In this document: one piece after another, positions 18,186 to 27,560 of the stretch
How positions within the stretch are numbered: the first letter of the stretch is position 1
Layout of the letters: each line of letters begins with the position of its first letter
From: a phage
Sequence record: PZ242158.1
DNA: 64,000 nt
Reading direction: 5' to 3' (one strand)
Notes under the pieces: generated by a model
What the model was told of the DNA's origin: nothing
Seen by the model: the letters and a program-made list of their open reading frames with translations, nothing else
Database searches by the model: none
Position numbers and translations under genes: made by a program

Positions 18186-19213
18186 TCCCATTCCGTCCGC
18201 CTGGCAGCGCTCCTGTAGGTCCTGCAAGGACTCTAGCTTTCAGCTAGACCCTTCGGGCCTCCCTACAGGTCAGGTCAAAATCGTGGTAGAATTGGGCCTA
18301 TTCAGATATTTCTGGCTGACTCTTCAGGTCTGTGTGGGAAAAGCCAACCTCTCCGGCGGGGCAGGGGGAGGTCAATTAAAAAATTTACGTGGTGTATGAA
18401 GCGCTCTTCAGGTAAGGCAGGTATTATGGGATGAAACCCTCTTCAGGCAATGATATTTGTGGGTGTGATATTTGCTGGAAAGCCAGATATGACGGGACTC
18501 CCGGCGGGGCAGGGGTAGTACAGACAGGGAAAATATGAGAATGTAGTTGGGGAAATTGATCAGACAGGTAGAGTATGGAATATGTTACAAGTATGTTAAA
18601 TATGGAGGTTGAATATCTGTAGGATTTGTGTGTAAAATCAAAGACTTAAGGGGTGTTGTGATATTTTCTATAAATAATTCAAGTTTAATAGGTGATATTT
18701 GTCTCTATCCGCTTTGTGTGGTAAACAGATTCAGATGAGATTGGTTTACAAGTGTATACATAATATACAAATTAAAGATACAAGAAACCCCCCATCCCCC
18801 TTCGGCTACCATTCACCTTTTCCTCTGACTGGTACTTAAACACTTATTCAGACTCTTCAGGTTATCACCCATATATCATATGGCAGTGACTGGTGTCCTC
18901 CGGCCCCTCTTTCGTCACCCGTCCGCTTCGCCATGCTAATGCCATAGCCAATGGTTCGGTTGTTCACCCTGTTCACTCAGGTGTATCTCCATACCCCTTC
19001 AAACCGAAGAGAACAGAAAACCCGAATTACTCGGTAAAAGAAAAGAGAAGAACTTAATTTTATCAGGATAGGCAAGAATGTCAAGGCATGACTGCTCACT
19101 AAACAAGCAAACAGTCATGTGTGGGAGGTAAGTGATTGTGGTGGTGGGAAATTTAGTTGAAAGATGTGTTATAGGTGCGCTTCCAGCACTTTAGCCGGGC
19201 AGCTAATTGTGTG

Positions 19214-19429
19214 TCAGTCCAGTGGTTCATCACCTACTTCACTGAAATCAATGTTCATGGTCTCCTCCCAACCATCAATCTCAGCACCAGAGTAGAGATC
19301 TTTAGGACTTACTCCCAAAGCATCAGCAACAGAGTCCATATTTAACACCTCTGGCAGGTATGATTCATCGAATTCAAGGTAAATCAGGCCACGAGTGTTG
19401 TCAGCTCCACCAAATATTTCTATCTTCAT
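19214..19429 (-). CDS. hypothetical small acidic protein
   Basis: ORF 71 aa, acidic C-terminus; last gene of minus-strand block. Confidence 0.45.
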   Translation of the reverse strand: MKIEIFGGADNTRGLIYLEFDESYLPEVLNMDSVADALGVSPKDLYSGAEIDGWEETMNIDFSEVGDEPLD

Positions 19430-19550
19430 GAAATCTCCTCTGGAAATGAGAGTGTGAACAGGGTTTTATACGTTCCGATGCACAGGAATTATGCACGTTT
19501 GCCTCTTCAGGCCATGCTTTAGCATGAGGAACCTGTGTGGGCTCGGTGCT

Positions 19551-19763
19551 TCATAGTCTACCACCCCTGAACTCTTCGTGCTCAGGCATAATAGAGAACC
19601 AGATATCTACGATGTCTTCCCACGTTAGGTCATCAGCCTCAGGATCTACCTGGAGCGAAGATGGAGAATCTTCAGAATCTAAGTTTTCCTCTTTCACTGG
19701 CTCAGCCAAGGGACATATAGTCACTCCTTTGGATGTCTCTTCAGATGCATGTGTGTTTATCAT
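19551..19763 (-). CDS. hypothetical small acidic protein
   Basis: ORF 70 aa; overlapping plus-strand ORF judged less likely. Confidence 0.3.
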   Translation of the reverse strand: MINTHASEETSKGVTICPLAEPVKEENLDSEDSPSSLQVDPEADDLTWEDIVDIWFSIMPEHEEFRGGRL

Positions 19764-20123
19764 GTTCCACCCGTGAGTATTCCGGCAACAGCCGCTATGG
19801 ACGTAATGATCATCAGGATCACCACTAAAACTTCGGACAATGTTCTCATTGTGTACTCCATATTCTACAAACTATGTGTGGATACTATCACTGGATCGGT
19901 AATGTGTCAACAGAAACGCCGCGAGGGTTTGGTTAAAATCCGAGCGTATGGTGATTTGGGTCAAAACGGACGTGCGTTCTCGCTACGCTCGAAATATGGA
20001 GTTGTTTGTAGGGAGCTCTTAAACGCTCTGTAATGAGATTAACTGCCCAAGGTATGCAATCGTGCACCAGATAAAGAAAAGGACGCCACAGAGCGTCCTA
20101 GGTGTCTTAAATTTGATATTTTG

Positions 20124-20435
20124 CTATACCCACGAGGGCTTATCAAGGTTGGAGTAGCTGAAAGGTGTCAAAAGGTGACTGTCAAAATCTCTCAAACTAT
20201 CCAAATCTTTTTCCTCGTCCTGACACCATCTGTGCCTACATTTGTTGTTGTAGTGCATGGAATGCATAGCGTTCTGCAACTTAACAGGCACAAGTGATTC
20301 AGGAGTAGATAGTATTGTTGGGTATGCCAGAACCACCTCAAACAGTGGAAACACATCGAAACTAAAGTCTACCTCTGCAGAGGTTGATGGCATGTAGGAG
20401 TATTTAGCCGCCTTTGTAGACATAATCCACCTCAC
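20124..20435 (-). CDS. hypothetical protein
   Basis: ORF 103 aa. Confidence 0.45.
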   Translation of the reverse strand: MRWIMSTKAAKYSYMPSTSAEVDFSFDVFPLFEVVLAYPTILSTPESLVPVKLQNAMHSMHYNNKCRHRWCQDEEKDLDSLRDFDSHLLTPFSYSNLDKPSWV

Positions 20436-20764
20436 ACAGGTTTGATAATACCTTCACCGAATAGCTCTTCGTATCTAATCTTGTCCGGATCCCACTCCTG
20501 GAGAATTTCGAAGACAATATCCAACCCAGGAACAATCACTTCTCCAGTGTCAAGCTTAGCAAGAACAAAACCGGAAGGTTGAATGGTTTCCCAGTTACGG
20601 CGATCAGAATAAAATACTTCGAAAATATCACCAACCTCAATCCGTTTCTGTTGCTCAAGATGCTCAAGGTTCTCTTTCATACGGATGCAGCGTATTTTTC
20701 GTGCAGGCCATAGACCACCTGCATCACGTTCATTCAATTCTTTTACAGTGATCGGTATACCCAT
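20432..20764 (-). CDS. hypothetical protein
   Basis: ORF 110 aa; stop/start overlap with next gene. Confidence 0.5.
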   Translation of the reverse strand: MGIPITVKELNERDAGGLWPARKIRCIRMKENLEHLEQQKRIEVGDIFEVFYSDRRNWETIQPSGFVLAKLDTGEVIVPGLDIVFEILQEWDPDKIRYEELFGEGIIKPV

Positions 20765-20790
20765 CTCAAATCTCCTTCATAGATAGTAAA

Positions 20791-20810
20791 AGAGGGGCCC
20801 AAGCCCCTCT
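20791..20810 (-). terminator. hairpin terminator (AGAGGGGC-loop-GCCCCTCT, T-rich flank)
   Basis: GC-rich stem-loop in intergenic gap. Confidence 0.45.
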
Positions 20811-20818
20811 CTTTGTCA

Positions 20819-21124
20819 TTATTCTACAGAGCGTTTGAACAGAATGTCTGCCTCGGACATGTGCTCAACCTCTTCTTCGATTTTAGCTCGACGTTTTTCA
20901 GCCTCATAGCGAATATCGAACTCGGTAGCCACCAGAGATTTGATGAATTTAGGAGAATACAGGTGATCCTGCTTCTCAACGAGAATGATATCCTTAATGG
21001 CATCTTTCAGATCTTTAATCTGAAGTTGGAGTTCCACCAGTTCTTCGATTGTCTTGCGAAGGCGATCACGCTCTGCAGTGTCAGAAGGAAGAGAGGTGAA
21101 CAGTTCAACTTTAGATTTAGCCAT
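20819..21124 (-). CDS. hypothetical coiled-coil protein
   Basis: ORF 101 aa. Confidence 0.5.
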   Translation of the reverse strand: MAKSKVELFTSLPSDTAERDRLRKTIEELVELQLQIKDLKDAIKDIILVEKQDHLYSPKFIKSLVATEFDIRYEAEKRRAKIEEEVEHMSEADILFKRSVE

Positions 21125-21152
21125 AGTAAGAGTCTCCTTATGTTGTTTTAAA

Positions 21153-21470
21153 TTAACGTTCTACAAAAATATCGTTCAGTTCAATAACCAGGAATTTCTG
21201 GTCTTCACTGTCGTCTCGTGCCAGCACCTCACAGACGTATCGGTCATCTCCATCATCATCGCAGTCAAATACAAGACTGAGGACTTTATCATGGTAAACC
21301 TTCGCCACTACCGCCTCGTAAGTATTGCCGATTGTGAATCCAAGATAATCTCCGATGCATTTGACAACAACATGGTCTCCAGCATTTAAGTCAATCTTCG
21401 TCATTACTGCGCTCCTTGGGTAATAATACTGTATGTAAAACTTTAACCAGAGATGTGAATAACGCCCCAA
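21153..21470 (-). CDS. hypothetical protein
   Basis: ORF 105 aa. Confidence 0.5.
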   Translation of the reverse strand: MGRYSHLWLKFYIQYYYPRSAVMTKIDLNAGDHVVVKCIGDYLGFTIGNTYEAVVAKVYHDKVLSLVFDCDDDGDDRYVCEVLARDDSEDQKFLVIELNDIFVER

Positions 21471-21559
21471 AACACACCGATAGCGCTAAAACAGACAAGG
21501 CCATCATTAAAGCTTCAGTAAAATCAGTCACCCCTCACCTCTTGTTAGTCACTATACTG

Positions 21560-21823
21560 TCATTTATCCTTGCCGTCAAGAACTTTTTTAAATCTTTCAG
21601 GGATATCGCCTGTTCTTAGATAGCTCATGACCTCACAAGGTTCCCACTTAAATTTCTTACAAAGCAGGGCGGCTGAGATTGTTTCATTGCGAAAAGAAAG
21701 GATATTAATATCCCATTCTGAGAACCCCAACTTCCGAAGGGTAGCTACAGAAATCCTCACCGCAACCCAGCAGCAAAAACATGCAACAAACGCCACTGCT
21801 ATAACCCACATCAGGATGTTCAT
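21560..21823 (-). CDS. hypothetical membrane protein
   Basis: Hydrophobic N-terminus. Confidence 0.45.
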   Translation of the reverse strand: MNILMWVIAVAFVACFCCWVAVRISVATLRKLGFSEWDINILSFRNETISAALLCKKFKWEPCEVMSYLRTGDIPERFKKVLDGKDK

Positions 21824-21912
21824 ACAAGCACCTCACTGAAATACAAGACACAGTGTTAAGGTTACTGACCAGCAAATAATTAACAGTGCCGTTGCAACCT
21901 TGGCAAGATTTA

Positions 21913-22200
21913 TCATAGTGCCTCTAAGATTTCATATCCTTCGGGTCGGAATACAAGCCACTCCGTGGCTCCGTTTGGTCGATACGCTTTATACAGAACA
22001 ACCTGATCTCGGCACATGCACATAGCTACATAGTTTTCATCCACACCTGCAGCCTGCATTGCAGCTTCTTCTCCGGCAACTGCTTTGCTTACAACCTCCT
22101 TGGTAGGCAGGTGTGCGATCAGCTCGTCACCATCATTAATTCCAAAATGGCTGAGTTCTCCATTGGTATCTTTAATCTTAATCTTAACCAGATCTTTCAT
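21913..22200 (-). CDS. small acidic protein, paralog family C (C-terminal ..EGYEILEAL)
   Basis: Shares C-terminal Y-E-[IV]-[VL]-[DE]-E signature with neighbours. Confidence 0.5.
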   Translation of the reverse strand: MKDLVKIKIKDTNGELSHFGINDGDELIAHLPTKEVVSKAVAGEEAAMQAAGVDENYVAMCMCRDQVVLYKAYRPNGATEWLVFRPEGYEILEAL

Positions 22201-22529
22201 TAGTCTTCCTCCAGGTTCAAAGGCCCTAAGATTTCATATGCCAGATTAGAAGTTACCAGAGGGTCTTCTGCATCTTTAGTATTGTACCACCCGTGAATAA
22301 CCAGAGTCCCACTTTGTTTCATGTCCAACTGGAGCTCTTCTGCCGTTTCCTCATCCAGCTCCAAGATTTCCATGAGGTATTTGATGTTAGGAAGGTATGC
22401 AGCTGTTACAGTTCCCTCCACCAAACCTTCGGGCCAACCTACATCCGGATGACAAGTAGGAACCAAGTTGGTCAACTTAATGGTGTACGCTTTTTCTGCA
22501 CGAGCCTTCAGTAACGGGTCAATCTTCAT
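22200..22529 (-). CDS. small acidic protein
   Basis: ORF 109 aa, coupled to neighbours. Confidence 0.5.
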   Translation of the reverse strand: MKIDPLLKARAEKAYTIKLTNLVPTCHPDVGWPEGLVEGTVTAAYLPNIKYLMEILELDEETAEELQLDMKQSGTLVIHGWYNTKDAEDPLVTSNLAYEILGPLNLEED

Positions 22530-22879
22530 TATTCGTCCTCCTCTTCGGTGCCTGCTTCCAGTAATAAGTTAAGAATATCTTCTGCACAAGGCTCATAGAA
22601 CTCTTGGCCTTCATTATCGATGATTTTGTAGTCATCTCCACGAATAATTAGTGGATCACTCTCAAAATTATCGAGACCTTTAACAACGACAACACGATCG
22701 ATTGCCATCATTGTAAGAACTTTATCGACATCTTCCTCTGCTACACCATACTGCAGCAGAATGTCTTTAGTAGGAGGAACAGCATCCACCACAACACCGT
22801 TACCAAAACCTTCCGGAAGTTTAGCTAAAATATCTTCCGGAACCACATTAACATCAAAACCAGTAATTTCTACTTTCAT
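22529..22879 (-). CDS. small acidic protein, paralog family C
   Basis: Starts MKVEITGFD; acidic C-terminus. Confidence 0.5.
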   Translation of the reverse strand: MKVEITGFDVNVVPEDILAKLPEGFGNGVVVDAVPPTKDILLQYGVAEEDVDKVLTMMAIDRVVVVKGLDNFESDPLIIRGDDYKIIDNEGQEFYEPCAEDILNLLLEAGTEEEDE

Positions 22880-23140
22880 TTACAGCACCTCTTCGTCAAC
22901 TACTTCATAAAAATGGCCTGGGATTGCAATAGCGTTCTCACCTTCACCTACAAACACAGTTCCGTCAAGAATCAACATCATAAGAATTTCTGTAATATCC
23001 TCTTCCGGAACGTTGCCAAAACCTTTAATCAGCTCGTAGGTTGGAATATTTACCTCTAAGATGTCACCATCTTTAGAACGGAAATCAACACCGTCCTGAA
23101 TCTCTGCCGTTTCAAGGTTTTTCAATTTAATCTTCATCAA
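22880..23140 (-). CDS. small acidic protein, paralog family C
   Basis: MMKIKLKNLE.. and ..FYEVVDEEVL C-terminus. Confidence 0.5.
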   Translation of the reverse strand: MMKIKLKNLETAEIQDGVDFRSKDGDILEVNIPTYELIKGFGNVPEEDITEILMMLILDGTVFVGEGENAIAIPGHFYEVVDEEVL

Positions 23141-23216
23141 TCGGTCTCCTGTCTTGTTAAGATGAAGGTATTATTTCACACAGGGTTGGCGTTGTCAACA
23201 CCTGTGTGCAAGAAAA

Positions 23217-23612
23217 TTACTGAAACAGTGCGGATAAATTACCTTCTGGTGGGAACTTATCTGCCAAAAACGGTGTTAGCACAGTAGCCTTCTGAAGATC
23301 TGGGGTCCACTCGTTGTTCAGAACATCCCAGTAGTACGCAATGTTGCTGTGTGGGTGCCGCATTACGAACTTTTTCCCTTCGTAGTCATCTGAAACCTCT
23401 ACAGAAGAAATAACAACAGAATCTTCAAGGGTTTCTTCATAGAAAGATCCGCCTTCAAATTTCCAACGAGATGCAAGAGCCCCTGCCTTGAACGCTGCAG
23501 ATAACGGACTGTCGGCAAGAACATACATTTCTTGCACTCTGTCGCTGCGATCTTTGCTTCTTACGTTGTATACAGTATCTGAGCTATACTCAACACGGTA
23601 TAGGCTTACCAT
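23217..23612 (-). CDS. paralog family B protein (HP.S..YW....W.TP motif)
   Basis: Similar to 25419-25817 product. Confidence 0.5.
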   Translation of the reverse strand: MVSLYRVEYSSDTVYNVRSKDRSDRVQEMYVLADSPLSAAFKAGALASRWKFEGGSFYEETLEDSVVISSVEVSDDYEGKKFVMRHPHSNIAYYWDVLNNEWTPDLQKATVLTPFLADKFPPEGNLSALFQ

Positions 23613-23971
23613 TACCGCACCTCCTCAATAACTTCCACATCTGAACCTACCACAAATGCAAAAGGACAGGTTTCATGAAAGACATCCGGATCGCCGCCAA
23701 GCTTGCTAACAATCTCTCCACCACTAATAAACACAAGCTCACCGATATTCATCAGATTGCTGAAATAGTACCCATAATGATTAAAGAATGCAGCAGGGTC
23801 AGGTAGACTAGTAGCCTCAAGCACTACATCAGTTGAGGTTACTTTCTTATCATAACCTCTCGCCTTTTGAGATGCAAGATCTGCAGAATCCTCAGGCGAC
23901 CGGAGATGCACAGGAATTGTTTCACCAATAAAGCGTACTTTCATATTATCACCCAACAACCATAGCTTCAA
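23612..23971 (-). CDS. small protein, paralog family A (alternative start MKVRFIGET at 23944)
   Basis: Contains MKV(K/R)..G...G(E/K)..V.(K/S)GG.. pattern. Confidence 0.45.
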   Translation of the reverse strand: MKLWLLGDNMKVRFIGETIPVHLRSPEDSADLASQKARGYDKKVTSTDVVLEATSLPDPAAFFNHYGYYFSNLMNIGELVFISGGEIVSKLGGDPDVFHETCPFAFVVGSDVEVIEEVR

Positions 23972-24212
23972 AAGGGGTCATGAACGAATAAACGGCATCA
24001 TCATCTGCTTCAGGGAATGCTCCCAAAGACTTCATGTCTGAGCCCTTGACAAATACAAGGTTTTGATCAAAAGCTTCTTGAGGATCAATCCGATACATAT
24101 TTCGTAGAATATCGCCTACCTCCTCATCAAGAGGTGAGTATGCTGTGCACGTTTTTCCGATCAAGCTTTGAGAATCAGGGTATCCACCTGAAGTTTTAAA
24201 ATAAACAATCAT
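23949..24212 (-). CDS. small protein, paralog family A
   Basis: VFVKGSDMKSLGA resembles VLVKGKDLLAAGA. Confidence 0.45.
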   Translation of the reverse strand: MIVYFKTSGGYPDSQSLIGKTCTAYSPLDEEVGDILRNMYRIDPQEAFDQNLVFVKGSDMKSLGAFPEADDDAVYSFMTPFEAMVVG

Positions 24213-24303
24213 ATAGTATCACCTCTGGTAAGAGATTGGGATTCCTTTCCCACAAATAATTACAAACCTTCCTTATCGAGGAAGTATGCTAATCCAAGCA
24301 GGA

Positions 24304-24573
24304 TTATTCCTCTACAATCTCATACACATCCGGAGTTACAATCAACTCTTCTCCGTTACCCGGTGCAACAAACACCACCATGCCTTCAGGTGTGTGCTTT
24401 TTAGCCATCTCGATAACATCTTCTCGCAGAGCTGGCTCCATCAGATCAAAACCTTCACCCAGGGCATCACGAACCACCTTCATATAGTCAACTGGTTGTG
24501 CTTCGACAATCATACCTTCAACCAGTCCACAGTTTTTGTCTGCCAGCTCAGTTTTGAATAATTTAATTTTCAT
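24304..24573 (-). CDS. small acidic protein, paralog family C
   Basis: MKIKLFKTELA.. and ..VYEIVEE. Confidence 0.5.
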   Translation of the reverse strand: MKIKLFKTELADKNCGLVEGMIVEAQPVDYMKVVRDALGEGFDLMEPALREDVIEMAKKHTPEGMVVFVAPGNGEELIVTPDVYEIVEE

Positions 24574-24710
24574 TTAGAGGTCTCCTCAATTATTTGATAT
24601 TAATAGCCGTAACCTAACACATTAACTACAACTGCGATTGCAAACATAATTTCAAAGCATGCAATCTCTACATTTGGGACTAATTTCTTGATCACACCCA
24701 TTGTAGCACC

Positions 24711-25028
24711 TCATTCTCTAAAGTCAATCTTTACTTTGCCTTTCCCCTTACCTTTCTTTCCACCGCATTTAGCCAGTTGACGTGCTGCAACATCTACCAT
24801 ACGGTCAGTTGCCTCGTAAGCATCACTGCCTTTAGCTTTGGCAATAACTTCTTTTCCAGAATTGTCAAAAATGAACGCCATAACTTCCTGGTGATCATTT
24901 TCAACTTTTACACTCACACGTGCATAGTTGGCAGAGGGATGCAAACGCTCCAGCTTAGACATTTTGTGGGAAATGAAAGACACCATACCTTCAGTGATTT
25001 CTACGTTGCCAGTGATTTCAATTTGCAT
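24711..25028 (-). CDS. hpf: ribosome hibernation promoting factor / YfiA (RaiA) family homolog
   Basis: MQIEITGNVEITEGM...KLE...VKVE...G.E..A.A.G.D.Y.A.D...D..ARQL.K closely parallels E. coli HPF (MQLNITGNNVEITEALR..). Confidence 0.75.
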   Translation of the reverse strand: MQIEITGNVEITEGMVSFISHKMSKLERLHPSANYARVSVKVENDHQEVMAFIFDNSGKEVIAKAKGSDAYEATDRMVDVAARQLAKCGGKKGKGKGKVKIDFRE

Positions 25029-25045
25029 AACGTGTTCCTTTTAAA

Positions 25046-25067
25046 GAAGAGGGAACCAAACCCTCTT
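25046..25067 (-). terminator. hairpin terminator-like element (AGAGGG-AACCAAA-CCCTCT)
   Basis: Stem-loop in gap upstream of hpf. Confidence 0.4.
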
Positions 25068-25110
25068 TGAAAACAATGATACTAAATCTGAAGCGTTGTG
25101 TCAACAGTTT

Positions 25111-25401
25111 TTACAGATTGTTGTCGATAGTTTTTAAAATATCCACAGCAAGATCTGCCATTTTTCGAACATACTCTGCAAACTCAACAGGATCCTTGAT
25201 CAAAGAATTCACAGGGTCGTACCCTAGAGCGTTCAAAATGGCTGCAGCATCTACAACCTTCTCATCATTTGCGAAGATCTCTCCGTCAAACTTGTAGGTC
25301 CATTTTGAGTCAACCTTAGCAGAGCAGGGTTTGTCCATGCTTGTTACACCATCGTCTTTAAACTCTCCTGCGTTATCAATATTTAGAATTAAATCCATCA
25401 T
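25111..25401 (-). CDS. hypothetical protein
   Basis: ORF 96 aa. Confidence 0.45.
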   Translation of the reverse strand: MMDLILNIDNAGEFKDDGVTSMDKPCSAKVDSKWTYKFDGEIFANDEKVVDAAAILNALGYDPVNSLIKDPVEFAEYVRKMADLAVDILKTIDNNL

Positions 25402-25418
25402 GGTGACACCTCACTGTT

Positions 25419-25817
25419 TCAGTTTAGCTTTTCTTCAACAACCCCATAACTTGGGGCAGAGTCAAGAGCTTTCTGGTTTAAAAGTGGCGTAGCAGAATCT
25501 GCAAACGGTGTCCAAGTTTTTGTTCTGGCATTCCAGTAATGCTTCACTCTGGAATCTGGATGCACTATAACAAAAACTTTTTCACTTGTCAACACATTAA
25601 TTTCTTCTACACCCTTGCTGATAATTTCTCCGTCATAGCCCCCAGTCTGGTATCCTTCGTACCAGGTTCTTGCATAGGCATAGCCAGCCTGCCAGCATGC
25701 AGCCTCCTCCGAGGTGGAGACTACGTAGAAGTCTTTCTCAAATTCTGGAATACGCCCTTGCTTTACGCTCCAAGCCCCGCGAATTTTCATTGTAACTTTA
25801 AACAGTTTATTTTTCAC
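25419..25817 (-). CDS. paralog family B protein
   Basis: ..HPDSRVKHYWNARTKTWTP.. similar to 23217-23612 (..HPHSNIAYYWDVLNNEWTP..). Confidence 0.5.
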   Translation of the reverse strand: MKNKLFKVTMKIRGAWSVKQGRIPEFEKDFYVVSTSEEAACWQAGYAYARTWYEGYQTGGYDGEIISKGVEEINVLTSEKVFVIVHPDSRVKHYWNARTKTWTPFADSATPLLNQKALDSAPSYGVVEEKLN

Positions 25818-25829
25818 AACGGTTACCCA

Positions 25830-26084
25830 TCACAGCTCTACAATATCTGCATCTGACCCTACCCCAAAGGCATAGTAGGACTCTTCCCCGAAATAATATT
25901 CAGGTGCACCAGCGGTGATCAGGTCTGATCCCAAGATAAACACCACGTTGTGGCCTACATAACTGTGATGTTGCCGCACAGGATCATCCCACGGCAACCC
26001 TTCAAAGTATACCGCAGGAACGACCTTTCCATTCAGGAAGGATTGTCCCAAGTAGACGTTAGAATCAAGAATTTTAACCTTCAT
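25830..26084 (-). CDS. small protein, paralog family A
   Basis: MKVKILDSNVYLGQ..GSDLITAGAPEYYF. Confidence 0.5.
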   Translation of the reverse strand: MKVKILDSNVYLGQSFLNGKVVPAVYFEGLPWDDPVRQHHSYVGHNVVFILGSDLITAGAPEYYFGEESYYAFGVGSDADIVEL

Positions 26085-26301
26085 GATCGTCCTCCACTAC
26101 CTCTACATCCTCACCTAGGGCAAAGTTATAGGTCCACTGACTGTCAAAGCATTCCTGAGATGCACCAGCGGCAATAAGATCTGCTCCTTTTATTTTTAAA
26201 AGGTCAGGGTAATCTTCGTTAGGGACAGCAGTAAACACTTTTCCTACTAAAGGCTCCTGACCAATATAGAAGCTTGAATCTAAAACTTTAACTTTCATCA
26301 A
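26074..26301 (-). CDS. small protein, paralog family A
   Basis: MMKVKVLDSSFYIGQ..GADLIAAGASQECF. Confidence 0.5.
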   Translation of the reverse strand: MMKVKVLDSSFYIGQEPLVGKVFTAVPNEDYPDLLKIKGADLIAAGASQECFDSQWTYNFALGEDVEVVEDDHEG

Positions 26302-26585
26302 CGGTCTCCATCAGGTGGTTGTGGGACGTAAACACTGTTACGAATATCGTCAGCAGTGTAGTAATAAGTGGTTCCAACCCTGTCTCGGGCTGCAATGTAC
26401 TCTGCTATACCAATAAGTGCCATTGATTTGGTGGCGTATCTTCCCAACTCGTTAGCTCCCCAGTAGAATTTAGACCAGTAGGGAATAAGACCGAACAAAT
26501 ATACCTTTTGACGAACTTCCCAGTAAGTGCCTTTTCCGACAAGTTTAAACTCTACTTCACTACTGTTAATCTTTTTCATTATCAA
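26298..26585 (-). CDS. hypothetical protein
   Basis: ATGA overlap with neighbours. Confidence 0.5.
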   Translation of the reverse strand: MIMKKINSSEVEFKLVGKGTYWEVRQKVYLFGLIPYWSKFYWGANELGRYATKSMALIGIAEYIAARDRVGTTYYYTADDIRNSVYVPQPPDGDR

Positions 26586-26878
26586 TCTCCCTCTACCGTG
26601 GTCGGATTGTCAGTAAGAAATTGAGCATTGGCTGGAGGCACGCCTGACATTTTCCACACAACCATAAGTTTGTAACCAGGCACTCTATTAAGTGCAGATC
26701 GAGTAGAGTTTGTGCACGTATACTTTCGCTTTCCAAACCCGTTCTCCATCATAATCCAGTACCCAGTATCTTTGTCACCAGGTATCGGTAGACCACCTTC
26801 ATCAACCCACTGAATGGACCACGGCACGATGGCTACAGCTTTATATTTAAACTTTTTAAACCACTCAAAAAGTTTCAT
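26582..26878 (-). CDS. hypothetical protein
   Basis: ORF 98 aa. Confidence 0.5.
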   Translation of the reverse strand: MKLFEWFKKFKYKAVAIVPWSIQWVDEGGLPIPGDKDTGYWIMMENGFGKRKYTCTNSTRSALNRVPGYKLMVVWKMSGVPPANAQFLTDNPTTVEGD

Positions 26879-27063
26879 AATTCAGCCTCGCTTGGCAACT
26901 CTTCTACCTTAACATGCCGAAAAGTGTTACCGTAATGGTTGATCCATGACATCAGCTCGCTTTCTTGCTCTTCCTCTGGGATGAACTCTCGAATGCTGAC
27001 AAGTTTTAAGAAAACCCAATCACAATCTGCACCCATTCTACCAGACAGGCAATAGTGCTTCAT
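26875..27063 (-). CDS. hypothetical small protein
   Basis: ORF 62 aa. Confidence 0.4.
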   Translation of the reverse strand: MKHYCLSGRMGADCDWVFLKLVSIREFIPEEEQESELMSWINHYGNTFRHVKVEELPSEAEL

Positions 27064-27081
27064 AAAACCCTCCTGCCTGGT

Positions 27082-27276
27082 TTAGAATATTGCTTCTTCC
27101 ATTGCGCCTGAGAGCAACAAAGAGGTGATCTGGCTAACATTCATCTCAGACTCTACTTCCTCCCCTTTGAAAGGTTCGCGGCAGAATAGGACTGTTTCAG
27201 GACTTTTACTTCGAACAATATAATACAAATCATTCAATGTGTTGTAGTAATAAGTGTTAAAACGTAAGTTTTTCAT
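27082..27276 (-). CDS. hypothetical small protein
   Basis: ORF 64 aa. Confidence 0.4.
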   Translation of the reverse strand: MKNLRFNTYYYNTLNDLYYIVRSKSPETVLFCREPFKGEEVESEMNVSQITSLLLSGAMEEAIF

Positions 27277-27560
27277 TTTCTAGTCCCCTTCTTAGATTTT
27301 TGTGTAGAAACGCTTTCTGCAATACGAGACAGACGTTCTTCTGAAGCCTTACCTACTCCAGGTTTTTTGAGTGGATTATCTTTATGACCACAATCCAACT
27401 GGATATTGGATACCTCTCCAACTTTGTAAGTCAATTCTAGCAAAAGGTTGTCGTCCTTGTCAAATGTTTTTACGATAAATTTTTTATCGTTCTCCTGAAC
27501 TTCATATCTGGTACCTGCAGTATACAGCATGGTGCCATCAGCATAGGATATCCAGATCAT
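27273..27560 (-). CDS. hypothetical protein
   Basis: ORF 95 aa. Confidence 0.45.
   Translation of the reverse strand: MIWISYADGTMLYTAGTRYEVQENDKKFIVKTFDKDDNLLLELTYKVGEVSNIQLDCGHKDNPLKKPGVGKASEERLSRIAESVSTQKSKKGTRK

Noticed and set aside
18157-18399. ORF of 80 aa in the gene-free zone
   Set aside because: No RBS, low-complexity Gly-rich product, and it lies across repeated motifs; likely non-coding.
18320-18862. CTCTTC within the repeated CTCTTCAGG motif as EarI/SapI-type restriction sites
   Set aside because: Coincidence with a type IIS recognition sequence; there is no evidence of a cognate enzyme and the conserved motif is longer than the site.
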